A stretch of 36,014 nt of DNA from a virus (taxonomy: Duplodnaviria; Caudoviricetes), in IMG/VR virus record IMGVR_UViG_3300025150_000523, positions 1 to 36,014 of that record; one strand, written 5' to 3'. The notes under the pieces are model-generated. The model did not search any database. It was not told the DNA's origin and saw only the letters and a list, made by a program, of their open reading frames with translations. Each line of letters begins with the position of its first letter. Position 1 is the stretch's first letter. Positions 28,958-36,014 of this stretch are shown here, one piece after another. Both the position numbers and the translations under genes were made by a program.

Positions 28958-29476
28958 GCCAAACCTTTCACCAAGCCCTAACATTCACCAATATCTCTCG
29001 ATCATCTAAAGGAAAATCATCCAATTCGCCATCAACAAAGGTTGGACCAGAATGCGCCTCTTCAGAGACGACATCAACATCGAATGCAACGGCGACTTCT
29101 TCAACGCCAAAAAATATATCAACTCAGAACTCAATCAGGATGGCTTCAAATCCGTCACCATCCAACTCCCCAACGCATCCTATCAAACCAATCTCGAATA
29201 TTTCATGAATCATTGAAATGCGGCGAAATCTTTCGTCCTAATCTCGTCACCCATTCAATGCAAACAACAACAACCGATCAACAGGTTTATGTCGCCAGTT
29301 TTTCTACCAAGTCTTCAATATATCCATATCTAGAATCATTAAATTTTATTCCTCAATCAAAGACAACAATAACTGATTTATCTACCTCCTTCTACTCCTG
29401 CACAATAGCTCATTCTGCCCCCCCGCAGGCTTCAACCCGACTTGTGCTTCTGAACTTCTTTATCGCCCGTCTTCTC

Positions 29477-30157
29477 CTATATGAATAACTGCAATAAATC
29501 AGGATTGTCTATCCTCATTCTCGTCTGAAAATATTCGTTCTTGCCATGATAAATCTCCGAAACAACACTGCGCTGCGCCGATGTCAACTCATCCATCCGA
29601 ACCGGCGCATGAGTTTCTCCACCATCAAACGTGTTGAAAGAATTTCTCCAAAATGATATCCATCCACTGCTTTGCAGGATTGCCTTGTACATGTAATCAG
29701 TCGTCTCAATATCTTCTGAAAGTTCTAAAGATCCTAGGGCGCTGCCATACTTCCCTTTCAAAATTTCATACGCCCAATCATCATGAATATTTTCATAAAT
29801 CTCATAACACCGACCATCAGGTGCGATAAACCCAAAATCCAAATCCGCAGGATCAACCCTCATATAACCATCAGTCACATAGTTCTCTGGAATCAAATCA
29901 GCCTCAGGTCCGCTCGGAGCAAAATCAGACTTTAATCGACGACCCAAATTTAAATCCAGCGGCGCAGGCTCTCGCCCCATCGTCTGCAACACCCCAGGAG
30001 GATTGTCAAGATAATCTCGCTCCCTTTGCTGCTCTGGAATCAATTGCGGCGAATCTAAATAATCTTTCCGCCCGTTCAACGCAAACAACAGAAGCCGATC
30101 AGCCCCCCGATGATATCCTAAGCTCTCCAGTGATAACGCTAACTTGATCATCTTCAT
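29477..30157 (-). CDS. tagged protein with WxxPxG-type domain
   Basis: Tag LESLGYHRGADRLLLFA; GFIAPDG...HDDWA...SGWISF. Confidence 0.65.
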   Translation of the reverse strand: MKMIKLALSLESLGYHRGADRLLLFALNGRKDYLDSPQLIPEQQRERDYLDNPPGVLQTMGREPAPLDLNLGRRLKSDFAPSGPEADLIPENYVTDGYMRVDPADLDFGFIAPDGRCYEIYENIHDDWAYEILKGKYGSALGSLELSEDIETTDYMYKAILQSSGWISFWRNSFNTFDGGETHAPVRMDELTSAQRSVVSEIYHGKNEYFQTRMRIDNPDLLQLFI

Positions 30158-30699
30158 CCTATCGCCATTACGTGTAAAAGGCTACCATTAAAAACAGGCT
30201 TGCTGATTTGATATCCCTTCGCAGCAATGTATCTTTGAACAATTCCGCTCTGCAAAAATCGGAAAGATGTGTCCTCCTTCGCTTCAAAAATTATCGGCAA
30301 TCCATGCTTCTCTATTAAACCTTCGATCATATTGATCACCGAAAACATATATTTCGTACTAACCGAAGGAGGCATCCCCAACCAATCAATACTGAGCGCA
30401 TCAGAACCAGATCTCCCTATCTGCTTTAATGCTTCGCTATATTTAAAATTCTCCTCCAAATCTTGCCACGTAACAACCGATAAATTAAGTGTTCCTTTGG
30501 GAGACCCTACTTCTCCATCCGCCATCTCTTCATTGCGAATATTATATTTGTAAGTGCCAACACTAAAATCCTGATAATTATCAGAACTTCGCAAATCTTC
30601 CAGAGCCGTCCCAGGATCCAACTCTATCCCCGCCAAGATCAAATCAATAACATAGTGCTCCCCAAATCGCTCCATTTCTAATGCTAAACGAATCATCAT
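30154..30699 (-). CDS. tagged protein, paralog of the 27604-28923 C-terminal domain
   Basis: Tag MERFGEHYVIDLILA; WLGMPP...KYMFSVI...EKHGLPIIFEAKEDTSFRFLQS. Confidence 0.7.
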   Translation of the reverse strand: MMIRLALEMERFGEHYVIDLILAGIELDPGTALEDLRSSDNYQDFSVGTYKYNIRNEEMADGEVGSPKGTLNLSVVTWQDLEENFKYSEALKQIGRSGSDALSIDWLGMPPSVSTKYMFSVINMIEGLIEKHGLPIIFEAKEDTSFRFLQSGIVQRYIAAKGYQISKPVFNGSLLHVMAIG

Positions 30700-30759
30700 G
30701 ATTGCTATTTAGACAAATTCAACGAAAACCCTTCATATGACATCCACAAATCGAAGAAA

Positions 30760-30786
30760 AGGAATCAACACCACAGCCAGGGAAAT
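30760..30786 (+). promoter_or_regulatory. putative alternative-sigma (late) promoter
   Basis: AGGA-N16-GGGAAAT, 7 nt before ATG 30794. Confidence 0.6.
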
Positions 30787-30793
30787 TATGACT

Positions 30794-32476
30794 ATGCTCA
30801 TAACTCTGGAAAAATCTGGACAATTCAAGAAGGTGGATAAAATCCTCAAACTCGCCGCGATCGGCACCGGCATTTGGATCTCCCCCAATGGAAAATCCTT
30901 CATCGCTGGCGACTGGCACGGGGATTTCCTAGCCAACAACGCCGAAGAACTCAATCAATGGCTCAAGACGGCTGTAAGATTCCCTGTCGAACAAAATTAT
31001 CTTAATAATTATCTGTCAAGTCCAGATCCATTTCCTTATACTCATCAACTAGAAGAATACTTCGAAAGTCGAGGGATTCAGCCAGAAAACTTCGATCCCG
31101 AAGAAGCTCATGCCTGGTTTGAAACGGCCACACCAGAACAGTATGATGATTTTACAAAATGGCTCTATGATGAAAATAATCTTGACCAAGCGATGGACTA
31201 TTTCGGAGCACCGCAATCATCTCTAAGAATAGAAAAGAAAATCACAACTCCGATTTGGATGATTCATCTGACCAATGATGCCGACAGAATCGAAGATAAA
31301 GGTTTCGAATATGGTCATCCAGACTACGATGGTATCCATCTAACAACCTGGAAGAGCGATAAAAGTAGAAAGTCTACTCCAGGATATAACTTTGCTTTTC
31401 CTCTCCGTTCTAGAGATGCGGATGCTGCTTTACGCCAAAGGAAATATGGCAGTGAAGCGGTCATCTTTAAAGGCACAGGCATTCAGGTTTATCATTCGGG
31501 AGATGAAGAACAACAAATCATCTTCTGGGGGCCTTCGGTTGATCCCGCCAGTATCTATCATGTCAAGAAAATAGATGATGGTTGGCTTGAAGACTACAAT
31601 ATCAACCCAGAGTTCATAAAGAACGAGCCAGAATTCGCTGTCTTCGATGCTAATGATCGTCTCCAGTTTTTTGCGGAAACGCCCGCTGAAATAGCTGCCT
31701 GGATCGACCGAGCGGGTGATCAGATCCTGCGCAACGTCCATCAAAAACGACAGAACCAACGCCGCGAACGCCAGAGAAGATCCGCAGGCCGACAAAAATT
31801 CACAAAATTGGCATGGGGAGACGGAGGTAATCGAAGTTGGATTCTGCCAACCGGCGCAACGATCAATATTCCAATCTATCATCAGACTTATGTATGGGAC
31901 CTATTGCAATCTCTATGGGCTGGAGAAAGAATCCCAGATGAACTTGACGATCCAGATATTTTGAAACCACTGGAATATTTAGCTGATAAAACTCAAGACG
32001 ATATGTATAGTGAAGCTTCAGAAAGAGCGAGCGAGTATAAAAAAACATTGGAAGAACAACTTGAGTGGGTCAGAGAAGATCCTGATAGGGCTGATGAAAT
32101 TCCCGCGCTCGAAGAAGAAATCCGCAAGATCGAAGAAGGACGGCTAGATTCGGAGTTTGAAGAAGCTCCTTCCGGCATTGAACTGGTTGATTGGCTGCTC
32201 AATATGGGCTGGATCCGAAAGCTGGAACAGTATAGCACACTGCACTATGAATATGGCCGCGTGGATGAAGGTCAATTGAGAAGAATCTTCAAGCAGATCG
32301 AGAATGATCTATTTGATGTGATTAATCCAAGGAATGTTGAATACCTCAAGGCCAGAATCGAAAACTATCAATCTGGTTTCTATCAGGAGTTCTATTTGAA
32401 AGACTTCATCAATAGTGGGGAAACCCTATCTGAGTTCATCCAAGATTTGCCGTCAGCCTTCATGCATGGTCGGTGA
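30794..32476 (+). CDS. multidomain tagged protein: partial WxxPxG domain, ART-like domain, WxxPxG domain
   Basis: Tag LEKSGQFKKVDKILKLA; WISPNG; WMIHLT...I...GF...YNFAF...KYG...DEEQQIIF; KFTKLA|WG then WILPTG...H...MGWIR. Confidence 0.65.
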   Translation: MLITLEKSGQFKKVDKILKLAAIGTGIWISPNGKSFIAGDWHGDFLANNAEELNQWLKTAVRFPVEQNYLNNYLSSPDPFPYTHQLEEYFESRGIQPENFDPEEAHAWFETATPEQYDDFTKWLYDENNLDQAMDYFGAPQSSLRIEKKITTPIWMIHLTNDADRIEDKGFEYGHPDYDGIHLTTWKSDKSRKSTPGYNFAFPLRSRDADAALRQRKYGSEAVIFKGTGIQVYHSGDEEQQIIFWGPSVDPASIYHVKKIDDGWLEDYNINPEFIKNEPEFAVFDANDRLQFFAETPAEIAAWIDRAGDQILRNVHQKRQNQRRERQRRSAGRQKFTKLAWGDGGNRSWILPTGATINIPIYHQTYVWDLLQSLWAGERIPDELDDPDILKPLEYLADKTQDDMYSEASERASEYKKTLEEQLEWVREDPDRADEIPALEEEIRKIEEGRLDSEFEEAPSGIELVDWLLNMGWIRKLEQYSTLHYEYGRVDEGQLRRIFKQIENDLFDVINPRNVEYLKARIENYQSGFYQEFYLKDFINSGETLSEFIQDLPSAFMHGR

Positions 32477-32480
32477 AGCC

Positions 32481-33254
32481 ATGATGTCCTTGCTGTTGGT
32501 CTTGATGATTGCAGTTTCAGGGCCAACGTTGCAGTTCTCCAACACCCCCGAAACCATCCGACATCAAGGCACCATTTTGAGCGAGACGCTGCCCGCAGGT
32601 GAGCACACGTTTTTTTGGCATCATCTCTCTAGGCTGAACGGCGATTCGAGCAGTAACTTTCGAGCGTGGAGCGCCAGCGGCGAGACTTTTCAGGCCCAGA
32701 TTTTCCAGACATCGAGCCAAGAGCCCAAAGAATCTGGCGCGACAGCGGCCAAAATGTTCTGGCAACTGCCCACCAAAAATTGGGAAAAAACTCTGACGGA
32801 CAAATTGCTCTTTCGACCAGGACAAACAATCACTGGAATGGGCAAAATTGTCTGCAAATGGCCTCTTCAAGCCCGACTATGGATCGGGTCCGAGCAGCCC
32901 ATGCCTAATGCCAAACCAGAAAAGCGCCCCGCAGCACAAAATCTGGAACCGGCTGAGGAGTTGATAATCTGGGGAGATCCGATGTGTTACGGCCAGATCT
33001 CCAGAATGATATTCAGAGTGTCTAACAAGACTGATCAGAAGCAAACTTTCGCGATGAAATGTCAACCACGCGGCGGGCCATCAGCTTTTGTCGGCCTGAT
33101 AGAAGGAGATCTGATCGTTCAGAGGCACATCAGAACCTATGAATTTAGAACTTTGAGGGAATTCGAGCTAAACCCCAAAGAGACAAGAGAAATTCATATC
33201 TCAACGACAGGCATCGGAGGTTGTTTTTATCCGATGCACCTCGTCATCAAATGA
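32481..33254 (+). CDS. putative secreted protein
   Basis: Hydrophobic N-terminus MMSLLLVLMIAVSG; FSNTPE, FFWHH, YG, PRGG, YP motifs. Confidence 0.6.
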   Translation: MMSLLLVLMIAVSGPTLQFSNTPETIRHQGTILSETLPAGEHTFFWHHLSRLNGDSSSNFRAWSASGETFQAQIFQTSSQEPKESGATAAKMFWQLPTKNWEKTLTDKLLFRPGQTITGMGKIVCKWPLQARLWIGSEQPMPNAKPEKRPAAQNLEPAEELIIWGDPMCYGQISRMIFRVSNKTDQKQTFAMKCQPRGGPSAFVGLIEGDLIVQRHIRTYEFRTLREFELNPKETREIHISTTGIGGCFYPMHLVIK

Positions 33255-35703
33255 CGCTTTCGTCTCCGGTGCCTTCGGGAGCCACTGGCGGCGGGACCTC
33301 TGGAGCAGCAGGCGCTTGCGGAGCCGCCGGTTGAGGTGTTTGCCAAATCGTCTGGAATCGCTCGTCTCCCAACTGACGCTTCTTGTATTTCTGCAAAGTT
33401 CTCTGCAAGAAGCGGAACTCGCCTTCTGTGACCAATTCGATTTCTGAAGCACCAGGATTCTTTGCTGATCTTGCCTGCATTCGAGACAAAAGACCCCTAA
33501 CACTGTTAGCGTCATACTTATTGAAACCACAACCATCCAATTGTCTCGCCCCATCGCAAACACTCAAAAGTTGATACAAAGCTTCCATAATTATTTGCTT
33601 CTGAGCATCTGGCATCACATCGATCTGCTCGCCTTGCTCGTTTTCAGTGCGAGTTGTCTTCTTGTCTTCCTGCTCTTCCTTCTGATAGTCTTCTTTTCTG
33701 ACAGGAGTTCTTTCGGCTTGTTGTTCCGCCTGTTCGGTCACGCGCTGCAACAGGTCGGCATCACTGACCGGATCGTCGCTGGCAGCATTTTCTTCCACTG
33801 CAATTTCTATCAGATTCTCAACCGCAGCTTCGATCCATCTCTGTTTGATTTCCAGAAGCTGAGCGATGTGGATTTCAAGCTCATGATCTATCAAAAGCTT
33901 GATAACATTGACTTCGGATGCCCTCTGACCAATTCTGTAAATTCTATCTTCTGCTTGTAAGTTATCGCAAGGTCTCCATGCCTGATCAACAAACAAAACA
34001 TTGCTGGCCCTGGTCAGCGTCAAACCGACACCACCGGCTCCAATGGTCAGCGCGACGCCAGCAAGTTCTCCATTTTGGAACTTGGCTACGATGTCTGCTC
34101 TCTCTTCAGCAGGCGTGCCTCCATAAATGCGTGCCCAACCTGGGCGAGTTCCGATGGCATCAACAGGGCTACGATGCGCCGAGAAAACAATCAATGGTTC
34201 GCCACGAGCTTCAAACTCTTCCACAACCTTAATGGCAGCAGGAGTTTTCGCGGCGGCCAAAGATGCTCGAATGCCTGAGAATTGCTCAAACGGTGGCAAG
34301 AAAGACGGTCTTGGACCAGAGCCGTATTCATCGTCGTAATCAATCGGGGAGAAATCATCTTGAGCTTGACGCTGAGATTTAGCCAGATCTGCCCATTCTC
34401 CCATGGCCATGTCCAACTGTTGTGACAATTCGGGGTCTTCAACATCGATCAAACGATTAGAATACTGCTTCGGAGGCAATGTCAGAGTATCAGCCTTGCG
34501 GCGGCGGATCATAACACGGCGCAACATATCAGGGACACCCTCTTTTGGCATTCCCCAATTCGTCACCATGATGGTTCGACCCCCGCGTATTTTTTGTGGA
34601 GTCTTGTATCCACCCATCATATCGAAGAAGGTTTGCCATCCTCCAAAAGCCTCTCGGGTCATATTGCCCGCCGACAAAACCCCCCAAAGGTCCATCGGGC
34701 GGTTCGCCAAAGGGGTTCCGGTCAAGAACCAAGTCGCAGGAGTCTGTCGAGACATGGCCATGACCTTGCCGGTTCTTTGAGCCTTGGTGTTCTTAACGAA
34801 GTGAGCCTCATCAACAATCAGAGTCACGCCCTGTAATTTAGCCTTCAAGGCGTCGCTAATTTGGTCTGGTGCGTAATAACCCCTATCATCTTTTTGAGGC
34901 AACATCTCTGCTGGAAGCTGTTCATAGTTCGTGATTACGATCTCTCCAGGCTGAGGGAATCTGAACATCCCGCTTCCTGAGACGACATGTGTTTTGAGTT
35001 CTGGCCTCCACTTCTTGACTTCTTCTAGCCAGTTGAACACAACAGCCTTTGGACAAACAACCAGCGTGCCGCGATTCATAGGCAAAGCAAGCAAAGAAAT
35101 AGCTGTCTTACCCAATCCCATGTCATGGCCCAAAATAGCTTTTGGCTGGCGAGCAAGCCAATCAGCATCTTCTGCTTGGAAATCGTACAACCCTCGGTCC
35201 AAGGCCAGTTGATGCACAGGCGTCTTTTCTTCTCCAGCAGCGACAATATCATCCGCGATTTTGAACTTCAAATCGGAAACGACACCCAGAACGCGAGACA
35301 AATGCTTTGGATCTAGAGAAACGAGCCAGTGAGGAGATGGCTCTTTGACATATTGTCTTTCTGGAAGGGTCTTGACCAATCTTACAGTCTGGGCATCATA
35401 AGGGAAAGTCAGAATTCCAACATTGGGGTCTTCAGGAGATCGTTTCAACTCTCCTCGCCCAGGAGTTGCCTGAGGGGCTTTTCTCTGCTTTTTCCATTGA
35501 TCATAGCAATCAGGATGGAAGACGCACCATTTATTGTTGAGGTTTTCTGCGTAGCCTTCGCCAGCGTCAACGGTTTGACTGCAAATGAAGCACTTGCCAG
35601 GATAACGATTCCCCATCGCCATGGCCATTTTGATGAGGGCATCCACCAACTGATGCTCCCCTTGACGCTCCAATCTTTTCAAGTATCTCTGCGCTTTCAT
35701 CAA
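33247..35703 (-). CDS. SNF2-family (HARP/SMARCAL1-like) helicase with N-terminal tag and zinc finger
   Basis: LYDFQ, HDMGLGKT, VVCP, DEAH, LTGTP, GGVGLTLT, QAEDRIYRIGQ; CFICS...HPDC; C-terminal CDGA..LDGCGFNKYD. Confidence 0.9.
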   Translation of the reverse strand: MMKAQRYLKRLERQGEHQLVDALIKMAMAMGNRYPGKCFICSQTVDAGEGYAENLNNKWCVFHPDCYDQWKKQRKAPQATPGRGELKRSPEDPNVGILTFPYDAQTVRLVKTLPERQYVKEPSPHWLVSLDPKHLSRVLGVVSDLKFKIADDIVAAGEEKTPVHQLALDRGLYDFQAEDADWLARQPKAILGHDMGLGKTAISLLALPMNRGTLVVCPKAVVFNWLEEVKKWRPELKTHVVSGSGMFRFPQPGEIVITNYEQLPAEMLPQKDDRGYYAPDQISDALKAKLQGVTLIVDEAHFVKNTKAQRTGKVMAMSRQTPATWFLTGTPLANRPMDLWGVLSAGNMTREAFGGWQTFFDMMGGYKTPQKIRGGRTIMVTNWGMPKEGVPDMLRRVMIRRRKADTLTLPPKQYSNRLIDVEDPELSQQLDMAMGEWADLAKSQRQAQDDFSPIDYDDEYGSGPRPSFLPPFEQFSGIRASLAAAKTPAAIKVVEEFEARGEPLIVFSAHRSPVDAIGTRPGWARIYGGTPAEERADIVAKFQNGELAGVALTIGAGGVGLTLTRASNVLFVDQAWRPCDNLQAEDRIYRIGQRASEVNVIKLLIDHELEIHIAQLLEIKQRWIEAAVENLIEIAVEENAASDDPVSDADLLQRVTEQAEQQAERTPVRKEDYQKEEQEDKKTTRTENEQGEQIDVMPDAQKQIIMEALYQLLSVCDGARQLDGCGFNKYDANSVRGLLSRMQARSAKNPGASEIELVTEGEFRFLQRTLQKYKKRQLGDERFQTIWQTPQPAAPQAPAAPEVPPPVAPEGTGDESVI

Positions 35704-36014
35704 AACTCCCGAATTTCGATCTTCATTTCTCTTTCATCCAGAGCGAATCCTTGCTCTCGCCAGAGAAAAGCTCGGACAGTGGTATGGCCAACTTTGCGGC
35801 CGACGCAAATGAACACAATTTCACCGGAAGAACCCAACCCAGAACCTGAATTTTCGAATTGATCCGTGATCTCGACCATTTCAGGATCATCAAATGTCAA
35901 TTGCCACAACAAATCTTCGTCTGTTCTGTTCGTCAGAGCGAATCCAACCTGCTCATTCACAGAAAATCTGAAGATTCTGTCTTCTTCATCCAATTCCAGA
36001 TGTTTCGATCTCAT
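35700..36014 (-). CDS. hypothetical beta-rich (Ig-like, possibly chagasin-like) protein
   Basis: 104-aa ORF at the window edge with an ATGA overlap to the helicase; may be 5'-truncated. The fold guess is weak. Confidence 0.5.
   Translation of the reverse strand: MRSKHLELDEEDRIFRFSVNEQVGFALTNRTDEDLLWQLTFDDPEMVEITDQFENSGSGLGSSGEIVFICVGRKVGHTTVRAFLWREQGFALDEREMKIEIREF

Noticed and set aside
19869-35673. The tag as a DNA repeat, CRISPR array or mobile element
   Set aside because: Similarity is at the amino-acid level only. There are no regular spacers, terminal repeats or transposase.
1-36014. Genome-wide stop-codon reassignment (TAG or TGA)
   Set aside because: Genes are full length in code 11. 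TGA, TAA and TAG all end genes that abut the next start, and only one conserved domain is interrupted.
1-36014. Cellular (bacterial or CPR) chromosome origin
   Set aside because: No ribosomal, envelope or central metabolic genes are present, and the high ORFan density and gene mix fit a large phage. A megaplasmid cannot be excluded because no virion genes lie in the window.

Overview
The window looks like part of a large (jumbo-type) bacteriophage genome in the standard genetic code. It is densely coding, with no rRNA, tRNA, CRISPR, transposase or recognisable structural genes. The left ~11 kb (minus strand) is a replication/repair block: DNA polymerase III alpha (DnaE, truncated at the window edge), a MazG-like pyrophosphatase, family-4 uracil-DNA glycosylase, a stand-alone CHC2 primase zinc finger, DnaB helicase, a DnaC-like loader, and an SbcCD nuclease whose SbcC is split into separate genes around sbcD. 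The middle holds hypothetical genes, an AAA+/M41 protease interrupted by one in-frame TAG, a tyrosine/dual-specificity phosphatase and ThyX. The most striking signal is in the right half (19-36 kb). Nine largely unrelated proteins share a ~17-aa tag, [LMW]-E-[RK]-x-G-x-H-x-x-V-D-x-x-L-K-x-A, in 11 copies. They include a CCA-adding enzyme, a SNF2 helicase, ADP-ribosyltransferase-like, nucleotidyltransferase and HExxH domains, and unknown domains. The tag sits at N-termini or domain junctions, and the tagged transcription units share a non-sigma70 promoter-like motif (AGGN-N16-GRGAAWW). My inference is a co-regulated set of virion-packaged, proteolytically matured effector proteins with a common sorting signal. 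All family calls come from motif recognition by eye; no database searches were run.
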